DNA of 64,000 bases, from positions 992,001 through 1,056,000 of the forward strand of contig OZ237737.1 in the NCBI GenBank assembly GCA_965178125.1, read 5' to 3'. The notes under the pieces were generated by a model. That model ran no database searches, was not told where the DNA came from, and worked only from the letters and a program-made list of their open reading frames with translations. Shown in pieces: positions 40,301 through 53,922 of this stretch (its first letter is position 1; the number at the start of each line of letters is the position of its first letter). A program made the position numbers and the translations under genes. This stretch comes from Bilabrum cf. latius. Taxonomy: Eukaryota.

Positions 40301-43300
40301 GCAGGCATCGCTGGCTGCTGGCCGCTTGTCACCCGCCGAATTATCGGCGTTGTCTAGACAATTGGACGGCGTGGGGGGGGCTCTGATACAGCCGGGCAGC
40401 GGTGGCGGCGTCAGCACAGACTCCACCATCATTAACATTATCGTGTAGAACGTGGCAGAAGCCCCAAGTGCATTGGCTGACAGGGTGATGCTTCCAGAGA
40501 ATCCTCGGAACGGGAGCATAATAGGAACAATCAGGCCATCTGACGGCGACTGTGCCGTCCCTAATGCTGCCGAATCTGGGGCATTCGTCGGGTCCGGTGC
40601 CTGTGCCGGTATGCTTGACTTCCGGATTGTGTCAGGAAACGACGACAACGCGCTCTTTATCACGCAGTCGGGAGACATCCTGGTGAAGAATGCCAGCGCA
40701 CTTGACTACGAGGCCCGTCGAGTTGTTGCTGTGTCAGTGGAGATCACAGATGGTGCTCTAAGCACATTTGTACAGCCTGCATTCAGACTCATCGACTAGA
40801 ATGATCCTCCCATCGTCGAGGATGCTGTTGTGAGCGTTTTGGAGGAGTCTCCAGTGAATTCGAAGGTCGGGGCGGCGCTCAATGCCACTGACCAGGACCT
40901 TGGTCAAGTGCTCACGTGGGAAATCATCGACGGAAATACTGACAACGCGTTCAAGATTGGAACCTGCGATGGTTAGATCAGGGTACGCAAGCGATCTGCC
41001 ATTGACTATGAGCAGATTCAGAGCTTCAACTTAACTGTCTTGGTCACAGACGATCACCCCACTAATCCGCTCAATGCCACTGCGGATGTGATTGTGCAGC
41101 TGATCAACGTGAATGATCCTCCGGAAATGAGGTCGCAGACCATATTCATTGCGGAGAATACACCGATTGGAGGTGATATTGGCGAACCAATCCGAGGCTA
41201 CGACCAAGACGGGGACATGCTTCGGTATTACGTCTTGGCTGGGGACGATCGGTCTTAGTTCAACTTGATCAATGCAACGGGCCAACTGACAGTTGCACGC
41301 GAAGGCTTCCTTGATTTTGAAGCAGACGAGTCTCTCAACTTGGGCAGGTTCTCGTTGCAAGTTGGAGCAAGCGACGGCGAGTTCACGGCCGTTGCTGAGA
41401 TCACCCTAATTGTGATCGATGCGTAGGACCAGCCAGAGTTCAACCCTGACCCCAGGCAGTAGGTGCTCTCGGTGGATGAAAACTCTGAGCCTGGTGCGCT
41501 TGCTGGTACGCTGCGAGGCTTCGATTAGGACGTAAACGACACCCTGATGTGGCACCTTATCTCGGCATTCCCGCCCGAGATTGAAGACGTGCTTGAAATC
41601 GAGGCCTCAACTGGTCGAGTGCTGGTGTCGTCAGGTGCGAGCACGTACCCATCAGTACTCAACCACGAAGATTTGGCGGGGAGGGGACGCAAGCAAGCTG
41701 GTACCGCATCTCTTTAGATTGAGCTTCGAGACAGCGGAGGCAACACCAGAAATTCGAACTACACCATGTCAACCGTAGCCAACGTGTCATTTGTGGTGAG
41801 TGACGTCCCCGAGCCTCCGTTCTTCTACTTGCCTGATTCAAACGATCTCGCTGCTCAAGGAGAGCTCGTTGCGAATATCAGTATCGAGGAGAACCAGCCA
41901 TTCGGTACATAGATTGTGCAGCTTCGCATTTTTGATGAAGACACGAACGATGTTCTCGAGCAATCTGAGCGGGGACTTACGCTGACAATCATAGATGGCG
42001 ATGTTGACGGTATTTTTGCGACAGGGGCTGACCCGGAGTACCCTTTCAATGTTACAGTCCGCCGCCCTGCTCTGGACTTCGAATCACAGTCCTAGTTTGT
42101 GCTTACTGTGCGGGTAGCCGAGGACGAGATACAGGGAGACGCCGGCAGCGACTCCGGCGGCGATCCCGGGAACGTTGGGAATGATGGTGGCGAGAACAGC
42201 ACGGACACTAGCACGAATACTGGTGGGCAGCAGAGTGTCCTGAACGCAACCGCAACAGTGATAGTCAACCTCCTCAACCGGAATGATCCTGCTAGAATTG
42301 TATGTAACGCGTCCCTGCAAGGCCGTTACGAGTGGCGGGGGGGAGACGGCTACGACGCTGCCCTCTCGTTGATGCCGAATCCGTTTGACCCGTCTAGTGC
42401 TGATGGAACTCTAACGTTTGAACTCTCCCCGCAGCAGCCAGATGTATCTGCTGCATTGGCTGATCCTGCTCTGGAACTCGGTCTCCAAGCCGAAGAGGTG
42501 CAGTCGTGGACGAGGGAGGACCTTGCAAGACGGTACGCTTGCAGGCAGGCTTGTGCTCGCTTGCCTGTTTGTGCCGGCTTTACATACGCTTCCTTGTCTT
42601 ACGATCTACCAACCCTTCGGGGTGCGTGCGTCGGACGAAACTCCTTTTCGGACCGACTGGTGCACTCCATTACGGAGGTTGGTGATCGATGGGCGGAAGC
42701 TAAGACAGAGGTATGCTTTGAGGCTTGGACTGTGGAGAACGCTGGCACGGGCCCCAGTGTAATGTCGCCAACCTTGCAGGTTTCGGCAGCCGATGATGAG
42801 GGCGATGCGGTTTTCTTCGCGATTGATAATGGGACTGACGCGCTCGCAAACTCAGCAGTTCGGCAGGGAGCGCGGCTTTTTTCTGTCAGCAGAACAACGG
42901 GTGTACTCAGTGTGCGGTCACTTGCTGCCCTGAACCACGAAGCCCTCGGAAACCCACGACGTCCTGGGCTGGTCTTAGCCAGGGTGGTTGCCGAAGATTC
43001 CGGAGCTTCCGGGCTTGTCGGCAACGCTTGGGTTGCGGCGCATGTGCGCGACGTTGCGGAGCCGCCTGCTCTCTTTGACTCAGAGACATAGCGCAGACAG
43101 GCCGCCGAGGAGAGCCCTCAAGGAACGCAGTTTGCGCCGCCAGTTGGGGCCTTTGACGAAGATTTCAATGACACCGTGACGTTCAGCATCTCTGGTTCGA
43201 ACCATGGGCTGTTTGCGATCGACCCGAGCACCGGCATGCTGTCAGCAACCACTCAGCTTCCTAGCCTTGCGACCTCCACTGATTACCAGCTGACCGTGAG

Positions 43301-46300
43301 GATGACAGACGAGACGGGGCTGACGACCGAAGTAACGATCACAATCACCGTTGCAGATGTGAACAATGGCCCAGTGTACACTTACCTGGGTCAGCCAAGG
43401 GCTATCGACGAAAACTCTGAGGCCGGCGCAGCAGTGGACGGACCCGCAGTACAGGCGACTGACGCAGACGGAAATGACATAGTGTTTTCGATTTTCAACG
43501 GCCCCACCAGCCCGGTCACTGGCGAAGCGCTTTTTAGCATAGACTCCAGCACCGGCGTGATTCGTGTACAGGGGCTATTGTCATTTGAAAGGCAATCATC
43601 TTACCCTCTGACCATCGCTGCCACTGACAGGCCTGATGACCTCTCCACTGCCATCACAACGCACGGAACTGTGACAGTCACGGTCCGAGACGTGGCAGAG
43701 GCTCCTGTTGTGGTCGGCCCAAGCGACCTGCGCACTACGTCGTTATCACGAGCGCCCACCACAGGTGGAGTAATCGTACGTGTCGCTGAAAATTCGGTGG
43801 CCGGGTCTGTGTTGGCTGTAAGCCAAAGCCAAGATCGGCCAATATGGTTCGATGAAGACTTATCCTCGACCAACGTATCCTTCAGTATTGTGTCAGTGTA
43901 GGCGGGAAGTGTCGCCCCAGCTGGTCTGTGGGGAGGAGTATCAGGAGGAGCTGATGCAGCCTCGGCGCTGCAGAGCGTGCTGCGAGTACGCGATGCCGGA
44001 CGCGTCAATCCTCCTGCCAACGATCAGGTTCGACCGAGCAGATTCCACCGCATGGAGTTCGTTCTGGATGTGGGTGCAGATACTGCTGTCCTAAATCATG
44101 AAGAGCAGTCTGTATACGATGTGGTGGTGGAGGCGGCAGATACAACCGGGTAGACGTCCCGAGAAACGTTCTCTTTGTACGTTGAGGATCGCCCTGAGCC
44201 CCCTGTGATTGAAACTGTTTCTCTGAGTGTGCCAGAATAGGACAACGGTGGCTCTGTGGGCGTCGTGGTGGGAATCATCTCTGCCGTCGACCCAGATAAC
44301 TCGACTACGTTCCTTTGGTCTATCAGCTAGAACTTCAGACTTGGTGGCGCCGAGGCGTTTGCAATCACCACGCAGTCGTCTACCGACCCGGGGCGGCCTG
44401 GTCTGGTGCGCGGTGTTCTGGTGCTTCTCCCTGGTGCCCGGATTGACTACGAGGATCTGCGCCAGCTCGTTGTTGAGGTCGAGGTGAGGGACTCCACGAA
44501 TCCTCTCACGTGGTTGACTGCCAGGAGATAGTTCGTGGTCGATGTGCTGGACGTCGATGACCTTTTCGTGCAATCTGTGTCTGCGCTATTGACTACGAGG
44601 ATCTGCGCCAGCTCGTTGTTGAGGTCGAGGTGAGGGACTCCACGAATCCTCTCACGTGGTTGACTGCCAGGAGATAGTTCGTGGTCGATGTGCTGGACGT
44701 CGATGACCTTTTCGTGCAATCTGTGTCTGCGCTCGATGATCAAGATGGCGAGGATGATAGCCTTGAGGCGATCTTCCCTACGAGCGGCTGCGGCGGACTG
44801 CGATGCGTGCGCCTTACCGGCAGCAACCTTGGGCCGACACAGGACTACTTGCAGAGAGAGGGAAGTACTGGGATCCCAAGTTTGTAGGTCTACTTCGGTG
44901 GGCAAGATGGGTCTAGGTACACAGCAACCAACTGCAGCGTGATGCGGTCGGAGGGCAAGGGCAACGAGGCCGTGCATTGCAGCGTACCACCTGGGGTTGG
45001 TAACAACCATGCGCTCCGCGTGTCTTTCGGAAGATGGGCATTTGTTAGCTCTAGCACAGTGGGTGTGATTGGTGGCGATCCGCTGGATCAAGGCCAGTTT
45101 GCACGCATCAGTTTTGAGCCTCCTACTCTGCAGCAAGCATCAGTGCCCGCGAGCAGCGGTCTGAACACGGTAGGCGGAGGCGAGTTTACGATTACTGGTG
45201 CCAACTTCGGCTCGACAAGCGAAGCTGCATCCATTTCGAACATCACGGTTGCATACTAGCTTGTGGGTCAGACTCCTATGTATGTTGCGACTGGTTGTTT
45301 GGTGTCCAGAGACCACGTGGAGCTCCGCTGCAACGCCGCTCCTGGTGTAGGCGAGCGGCACAACTTCACCGTCTGGATTGGCGGCCAGCAGAGCCCTTGG
45401 ACGAGGCTTGATGACTTCCACTACCAGCGACCGCTTCTTGCTACGCTAACCATAGACTCGTCAAGTGCCATTCAGGTTGATTCCGATGCAGCATTTGACT
45501 ACGGCACCGCTCCAATGGGATCTGCGGTCGATGACGCAACACTGCCGAGCACTCGCCTTCGTGCCGAGGGCGGGAGTGCAGTCTTGCTTGGTGGAAGGTA
45601 TTTTGGCCCGGCTGGTGATGGACACGCAGTTGTGGGTGTGTTTGCACCTCCCGAGGCATTTGCTGCAGCCGGCTCCAGCATCTAGGATATCGCTGTCGAA
45701 GGGCTCTTGCAGCAGTAGCAAGGTGGGAGGCCTTGGTTCCTCACGGCGCCATGCTCTATCGATGAGGCCCATGAAGCTGTCCGTTGTTCCACCCCTCCGG
45801 GCGTGGGAACGAACCTTGTGTGGTACTTGCTCGTTGCCAACCAGATCAGCGCAGCTGTCGCCCCGAACTCGACGTCTTATGAGAGTCCAACTGTCGCTGT
45901 TGTGACAGGTCCTGGTGCACGGAACGGCAGCACTAGCGGTGGGGAAGATGTATACATCGACGGCGTCTTTGGACCCCCTCGTGAAGACCTTCCCAACGGC
46001 GTAGTGCCTCAAATAGTTGCAAGGTACGGTAGAATGCCAGGACTGCCTATCGTAGCGCAGAACTGCAGCGTGCTGGACGCTGCGGGCACGCGCCTGCTGT
46101 GCGGGTCTGCGCCAGGAAGTGGCAAAGATCACTCGTGGAGGGTTTCTGTTTCGCTGTGTGCGAGGGACCCGTCGGGATCTCGCAACGATGTCCTGCCTGG
46201 CAGCTGCTCGGGCGCTTCAAGCGTCGTGAACCACGCAATGACGGCCTATGCCCCCCCGGTGATCGCCCAGATCTCCGGTCAAGGGGCGGCGTCTCCAACG

Positions 46301-49300
46301 GAGGGTGGGGTCACGGTGAGGGTGCGAGGTGCCAACCTGGGGCCGTCGGATTCAACCGTTGAGTTTGTGGGGTTTGAGCTGTTGGATGGGTCCTAGGAGG
46401 ACGAAGAAAATGCGCAAGGGGGTGGCGGAACCGTGTCAACGTTGTCCCCGTCAACGTTCGACCTGTCTCAGTGGGCAACAGAAGTCGCTTTGCAGTACCT
46501 TGGCCGCTCCAGCTCAGGCCCCATGCAGCGAAATGCTCCGGGTGGTAATCTCGGAGGTTCCTTGCCGCTGCACCTGCCCGAACTGTATGAGGAAGGCACT
46601 GATACAGCGAACTAGCTCCTTGCTCCTGATGAGACACCCGTACATCTGCCTCGTGGACCTGCCGCGTGGGACGTCTCGGAGCATTGCAGGATGGTGGAAC
46701 CACACCAAGAGCTTGAGTGCAAGATGCCTTCGGGTGCTGGATCTTTGCTGCGATGGCAGGTGATTGTTGCAGGTCAGCGGTCAGTGCAGCCTTAGTACGG
46801 CTATAAGCCGCCGAGTATTCTTGCCATACGGCGCGTTGTGCCGACGAGCGGCCGGCCCGGTTTATCCGGGTACACATACACCACAGATGTCAGCTCACCG
46901 CAAGATATGGACACATTGGGTGAGGAGTGGATCGAAATCGAAGGCGAGAATTTCGGGGCGTCGTTGGACTAGCTGGACTCTGTCAGGTACGGTCCCTACC
47001 GCATGGCTGGCTGTGCAATGGTAGTGCCGCACTTCACCATCCACTGCAAGACCGTGCCCGGCGTTGGCCAGAGGCACTCGTTATTTGTCACTGTGGAAGA
47101 CCAGCAATCGGCTCCGTCTGCAGTGACCGTGACGGACCAAGCTTCCGGTGCCAGGGCAGGCACTCTGTCGTACAGCCCTCCAACGCTTGCAGCTATGGTC
47201 CCGCTTGACGCTGAAGGGGCGCAGGCGAACCCTTCCGGTTTCCACGCCACTGAAGGCGGCGTGGTCATGCAATTGATCGGTCGTGGATTTGGACCAGCTG
47301 GCAGTGGCACGTGGGTCTCGTTTGGACAGGGTGGCGGGCCGTGCAGTGAGTCCTCAGACACAACGGTCTCAAACGACACAGACAGCAGCGAGTTTCCTTC
47401 TGCGACACGAGCGTCATGCGCCCAAGTGACTCATGTAAATGACACAGTGCTATTCTACGCTACGCCTGAAGGGCAAGGAGCCAATGTGCCGGTTACTGTG
47501 GTTTCCGGCGGTATTCGCTCGGCAGATCTGATGCGATACAGCTACTCAGCACCTGATGTTGTCAGGCTCACGGTGCTTCAGCAAGAAGAGCTTGATGAGC
47601 TTCTCGCTGGCCGAGCCGCCGCCTCCGGTGCTGACCGGCGGAGACTGCAGCTGAGCGCGAATCAGCTGTACCTATACGTAAGCGGTACCAATTTTGGGCC
47701 CAACCCAACGGTTGCGGTCACTGATATTCTGGACGAAGGGGTGGTGCGTGACGTATTCCCTGTCGAGGGCGGCTTCAAGACTCATTCAGAGGCCCTTGTA
47801 GCGGTGCAGGCGCAAGAGGGGGCAGTGCGCATCATCGCTGGGAACCAGCGCAGCGATCCTGCCAAGACGTTTTCACAGGCATCTCCAGTCATTGTGTCTG
47901 TTACACGGCACGATGGGCGTGATGGCGGTGTCGTTGTGCCAGCTGGTCGCACGTAGGGCGGGTGGAGAATCCGAATGCGCGTTCGCAACATGGGAAAGGT
48001 GCGACAGTCGACGTCTGCTCCAACTGTGATGGCATCGGTCCGAGGCACCGATGCGGCTTGCGACAACCTCCCCGGCAGTCTCGTTTCGGATGGTCTTGGC
48101 GGCACCGTGTTCCAGATTGACGATACTGCTGACGGTGGTTATGATGTGCGAGGCGATTCTATCGTTGAGGGCACTCTTTGGTGCACAGTTCCACCGGGCT
48201 TTGGCGCTGATGCCCCCATCTTGGTAAGACATGGGAATGCTGACGACGCCAGCTCCCCAGCTAGGGTGGCGTACAACCCCCCTTCCAACCTTGGATTTGA
48301 GACCGTCCAGGGACTCACCAGCGTGGTGGACGGCGTGCGTGCCGGCCAGGTCGTGACCGTGCGTGGGTCGCACCTTAGCGCCGGTGGCACCTGGAACCCC
48401 ATTTTGGACGCTCGAGATCCCAACGAGATCGACCCTTCGGAAGACATCAGCTCGATCGGAGAGCTTGAGCCCGTTGTACGTGTGTATTTCACTGACCTAG
48501 CCTCAGGAGACGTGTCAGAAGCTCCGCAGGCTGACGTTGAGGTGGTGCAGGACCACGAGCAGATCCGGTTCGTGGTCCCCCCCTTGGCAGGTGATGTCGG
48601 CGTGACCGTGGAAGTGGCTCACCAGCGACAAGCCTCAGTGACTGCTAGCGCAGGGCTCTCCGCCGGAATCTATCGTGATGGCCGTGACGATCGTGCGGCA
48701 TTGGGGCTACGCTACGCCCCTCCATCATTCAGCATGCGAGGTGACTCGTCTGGCTCAACCGTCGGTGGAGCAGCCTCAGGAGCAGTCATCGCACTGGACG
48801 GGTTTGGCTTTGGCAGACAGTACGACGACGATGGCAATGAGATTGGATGGGTTACGGTTGGTGGAGTTAAAACCGAGTGCTTTAGTTGGAACGATACTGC
48901 TATCCGTTGCTACCCGCCCGCCTCCCAAGGCGAAGGCCAAGACGTTGTGGTGCACACCGCTGGCGGTAGCTCGTCGTCGGGTGTGGCGGGACCAGACTAG
49001 CGCTTTGACTACCTGCCCCCCAGCTTGAGTGTGTCTCAGTCGGGCGGCCCGTGGCAGTTTAACACGACGGCCATGGAAAGGCGAGCAGATGCCGTTGCCA
49101 GAGCTCGTTCACTGACCGACGACGTCCTGGAATCGCTTGCAATTGCGGCTGCTGCCATCGAGCCATCGTAGTCTGGTCAGCCGGACGACGATATGATTCC
49201 AGCTATGGTGAGTATGCGTGGAGCCGACTTGGGTCTAGAGGGCACCGTGTACATGGGTAATGACGTCCGGATGGTATGGAGCCGATCCAGCCCGACGAGC

Positions 49301-52300
49301 TCAAGCCGCGCGCTGTAGACTTCAGGATTTGTGGCGGAAACGCAGCATACGGAAAGCAGTGGGTTCCGTGGAGGCGGAATCGTGTCGTGGACACACGATT
49401 AGGTCGTGTTTACCGTGCCAGAGGGGCAGGGCACCGACCTTCCGCTGCTGCTGGAGGCGGGCATCGCAGGCTCTGGGCAGCAAGCTGCTACTGCTGCAGC
49501 AGCACTTCGCGTCTCGTACGCCGCGCCGCAAGTAGGGTCATTAACCCCGGGTAGTGTGCCAACGGATGGATGCTACCAATGGGAGCGCGTGACTGCCGCC
49601 AACAGAGGTGTAGATCCGCAGACCGGCCTGCCTCTCCGACTATGCTGCCAGCCCAGCCTCGTGGAAATTAATGGTCATAACCTGGGAGTCAACCCCACGG
49701 TGACCATCGCTGGTGTAACGCTGCGTGCCTCTGAGCACTCCTGCAGCGCCTTGTTTGAGTCGCGCAACGGGCAGCCCCCGCCTGCCCCACCGAGCGGAAG
49801 CAGCCCTGTCCTATCAAGGCGTCAGCTGCATGGAGCTCCGGGTGTAGGGGCTGTCACCGATGGATCTGACTATGAGGTGACATGGGCGGAAGGACAGCTA
49901 CGGTCCGGTTCAAGGGGGCTTCAAGGCCTGGCGGCGAATGCAGAGGTGCTTGGCAGCCAGTGCTCGTCGGCGTGTGACGACCCTGTGACTAGGTTGAGGA
50001 ACCCACTTCTGTGCGGGGCGCAGGCATCGCAGTGCTGTCGATACGCCGACTTTCCGTCAGGACTTGATGATATTGACAGCTGTCCGTGCCCTGTGGCTGC
50101 AGGCGCTTGCATTTTGTCGGCTTCGCACAACCGAATCACGGTCAGGCCTCCCGGAGGCTTTGGTTCGAACGCTGGCCTGACGATTGACATTGGCGGGCAA
50201 GCCGTGGAAGACCCGCTGTTCGGTTTCGACCCGCCAGAGGTTCGTAGGGTCACACCGTTCCCGCACGATGCCCGGGGCGATGGCCTTGTGATCGAGGGCA
50301 AGAACCTTGGCAGCAACAACCCGAACGTGTCACTGGCCATTGGTGGTATCGACTGCGAGGAGCTCAAGTGGACGGTGGACCCTCGGGGGCTGTCAGCGCA
50401 AGGTCTGCCCTACTTGGAGTGTGTGTCGGCCACTGATACTGCCGGTGACAAGAATGCTACCATTGACGTAGGTGGGATGGGCACGCTGGTTGAGGCCGAG
50501 GAGCAGACGTTCGTCGCTGTATGTCTTCCCGAAACGTACGGCCTCGACGGGGAGTTCTGTCTGTCGTGCCCCGATGGTGCATTATGCCCCGGTTATGGCG
50601 TGGACCCGCCTTCCCTAGCGGGCTGGTGGCGACAGGACCTGAGCACCCCGAATGGTATCTGTGCCCCAGAGCGGCAGCCTCCTCTTGCCAGTCCAGCCAG
50701 GAACGGGACCTGCCCGAATTTCATCCCGTGCCAGCCGCCCGGGGCCTGCCTTGGAAACAACGAGTGTGCCGAGGGCTACGACGGCGTCCGATGCGCGCTG
50801 TGCCAGGAGGGCACGCACTACAGGCTCGACGGGGAGTGCGTGGAGTGTCCCGACAATCCGCTCCTCATTCTCATCTTTGGGCTCGTGGCTGCGATTTTCG
50901 CAGCCATCGGGGCGTACGTCCTGAACAAAGGCAACGTGTCAGTGGCCGTTCTTTCCATCAGCGTGGACTTCCTGCAGATCCTAGCTATCTTTGCCAAGTC
51001 GAGAGTGCGATTCCCGCCGCTGATCCGCAGCGTGCTGCAGGTCTTTTCAGCTTTCAACCTCAACCTTGAGCTGGTGGCACCAGAATGCAGCATTCCTGAC
51101 CTGGATTACCGCTTTAAATGGTTTGCCATTGTGTTGCTGCCGATTGGTGCTGCTGCGGTGTTCCTTCTGATGCACGTGTATCTGATCGTGTACAAGTACT
51201 GCTGGCTGCAGCGACGTGGCGACAAGGTCTACAGGCACGCTCCGAACCTCCTGTCGGCTGGCCTCACGGCGGGCTACTTCGTCTACCTGATGGAAGTGCG
51301 GACGGTTTTCGATATCTTCAGCTGCAGCCCGACCACCCCGCCGGACGGCAGGGTTTACATGCAAAGCGTCTTCGTGCCATGCTGGGAGAGTGGCAGCATG
51401 CAGATGCAGCTCTTCCCGTGGGCGCTTGTATTCACGGCCTTGTATGTGATCGGATTCCCTGCAATCGTCGGCTACATCATGTGGAGAGGTGCCGATGCCT
51501 TCCCTCAATACTTGTATCACCAGGCGAAGGGCACTGCTTTCGACAAGCGGTTCGAAAGGCAAGCCTACTCGCTGAGCAAGACATTCCGGAGGCTGATCTA
51601 CTTCTTCAAGCCCCGGTTCTACTATTGGATCCTCGTGATCATTGCCCGCAAGGCACTGGTTGCGTGCACAGCTCTCTTCTTCCAGCGGAATCCAGCCCTG
51701 CAGATGAGCATGGCACTTCTAGTGCTGTTCGTGGCGTACACTCTGCAGGTTGTCTACAACCCATTCATGAGCGAGAGCGACAAGGACGAGGTGGCGGAGG
51801 CGTGGGAGCGAAGGATGGAGACGAAGGACCGGGAGAGGAGGCTCAAGGAACAGGCCAAGGCGCGTGACAAGCTCAAGAAGCTGGAAAAGCAGAGCTCCGC
51901 CAGAAAGAGTGGTGCCTCTGGCGGTAAGGATGGCGCCGCCAGCGACAAGGGGACGGTGCAGTTCGCCAATCCGATGGCAGCTGCCAAGGCGGGCAACGCT
52001 CTGATGCTCTCGTCGGGCGAGAGCGAGTCCAACCGCTCCCTGGACGGGACGCAGAAGGATATGGTCGAGCGCACCAGGGCGCTGGAGGCGAAACGAAGGC
52101 GGGCGTACAGGCGACAGAGCATGCGCTCTGCAAAGAACAAGGGTAAGGAGATTGAGGGCCGCGAGGAGAAGGAGCTGAGGCTGCAGTACTCGCTGGACTA
52201 CAACCGGCTTGAGGCTTCGCTTCTGAGCGCGTCGATCTTCGTGTGCCTGTGTGGCGTCATGTTTGCCTCCAACCGCTTCGACTAGGACGAGCACTTCGTG

Positions 52301-53068
52301 GAGCAGCGCGACGCGCTGACGTACATTTGCATCACGGTGATCGTGCTGGCTCTGCTAGCCGTCTTCCTTGCATTCTTGTACGAGGTAGTGGTTGGGCTCA
52401 AGCCCGAGTCTCGCGCGTGGTTCCTCACCTGGCTTGTGTACACTGGTAAGATCCCGCCTTCGCACGACGAGGACGAGAAGGACAAGATCCAGCTGCAGAG
52501 CGCGCTTGGGGCAAACGGGATGGGGGATGTGGACGACGACTCGCCGGCTCTCACGCAAGCAGAGTGGGAGCAGTTCAAATCCGACTATGCCGAAGCGCAA
52601 GCATCTCTGCAGCGCGCTGAAGATCGTCTTGAGAGCGAAAAGGCCGCGATGAGCAAGGCAGCTGCGTCCAGTGCGGCTGCAGGCGTGTCAGGAACGAACC
52701 CCCTGGCATTGCGCAGGGGTGTATCTGCTTTCTCGAAGCGCAGCGGCGCCAAGGCCAAGTTCAAGCAGAGGCAGATGCAGGCAGTCAAGAGGGGTAAGGG
52801 CCTCGGTGGCGGCCTTATGGCGCGACGGCCGCGCGGTTCCGTGATGGAGGCTTCTCCTTCTTCTTCGGCAACGAAGGAGAGATCTAACTCTGCCATTCTG
52901 AAGGCTGTCGTTGCTGGTGCGGGCGAGGATGATGATGGGGATCAGAAGCTCGTGTAGAGGCAGGCTGGCGCTAGCATGGGCGTGAATCTGCGGAAGCTGC
53001 GAGAGGAGGCAGCACGGGCTGAGGCGGAGGAGGCCTCCAAGGGTGGAGGCGACGGGGAGGAGCCGTGA
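31392..53068 (+). CDS. Giant LamG/cadherin/IPT-TIG adhesion-receptor-like protein with nine TM helices (nonagonal-type cadherin), ~7,176 aa after removing the 146-bp duplication
   Basis: It starts with a signal peptide (MALSMLLPTWATLITNALVFALLIPPSFVHG-Q). All ORF pieces to 44587 share one frame and all later pieces share another, offset exactly by the duplication. The breaks I read are all TAG, and it ends at TGA 53066-68. Motifs: LamG (KWTHIAVVVD, WTHYAIV), a CGDG...EECD Cys repeat, F5/8-like (Q)WVVIDLG, about 10-11 cadherin repeats (LDYE, DxD, DxNDPP), many IPT/TIG repeats (G.N.G), a Cys-rich juxtamembrane region and nine hydrophobic helices. Confidence 0.85.
44442..44733 (+). repeat. Exact 146-bp direct tandem duplication (44442-44587 and 44588-44733)
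   Basis: ATTGACTACGAGGATCTGCG...CTGTGTCTGCGCT occurs twice back to back with no mismatch seen. It shifts the reading frame of the cadherin gene. Confidence 0.95.
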
Positions 53069-53922
53069 GATGGGCGGCATGGCGAGCGTGGTTCGGGGCC
53101 TCGACCTCGCCGCCGTTTGAGTACTTGATCATTTAGTAGTGAGGAGCATCATGACCGGTGCGGCAGATACCATGGTACTAGGACTGGAAGGCAACGGCAG
53201 TAGCCAAGTGGGTTGTACACTACACCCGCGCGGCGTGCCTTGCCGGCCCTTTGTGGCTCAACCAGCCCGAATTCCTGGAATCTGCTGGCATTCGGTCGTC
53301 CATCGGCAGGTCACGTGGGGAGCGATCAGAGCAATGCAGTACCGCAGTTGTATCGGCGCTTGCTCGCATAGAATCTAGCTCTGCTCGTCATCGTGGCTGC
53401 TGCCGTGTGTAGCTATCGCTTTTTGAATCCTAGATGCCGAGAGATTCAATACCTTATGCAATCACAATGCACCAAACAGGGACCGCACTATGTGCCAGTA
53501 TCACAGGCACGTACGGTTTCTGAGCCCCGCCATGGCGTCCCTCTCGCCGACTCGCAGATGCCTGTTTTCGACTACCGTGACGGACGATTTGGGGCGCTGC
53601 TTCGGTCTTCCCTGGTATTCTGTCCGGCACCGCTAGTAGTGTCCCTCCGGAATACAGGAGGCCGACTTGATGGCGTACGAAGACCATAGTCACTGCACCC
53701 CACCATACGCACGAGCGCAGAGCCTTTGCGCCATGGCCGCGCCTAGCCGCCAGGCAACCTCAAAACTACTCGCAACTTTGAAATCTTGATTTCGAGCTTT
53801 GCGCGAAGCGAGTCTGAGCACTACAAGGGCTTTGAAGTCTTTCCGGAGGTATTGGTGCCGAATTTGTTGTTACCCTAAACTATTCCTGTTTTTTTGAGGG
53901 GAAGGATTTCAGTAAGGTTGCC

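Noticed and set aside
12622-53068. Pseudogene cluster or sequencing errors as the cause of the many internal stops
   Set aside because: The internal stops I read are all TAG, on both strands and in nearly every gene. Catalytic motifs are intact and there are no frameshifts apart from one exact duplication. Decay would also produce TAA, TGA and indels.
53069-53922. Possible small gene or ncRNA after the cadherin gene
   Set aside because: There are only short ORFs under either code, and I recognised no tRNA cloverleaf or known RNA motif.
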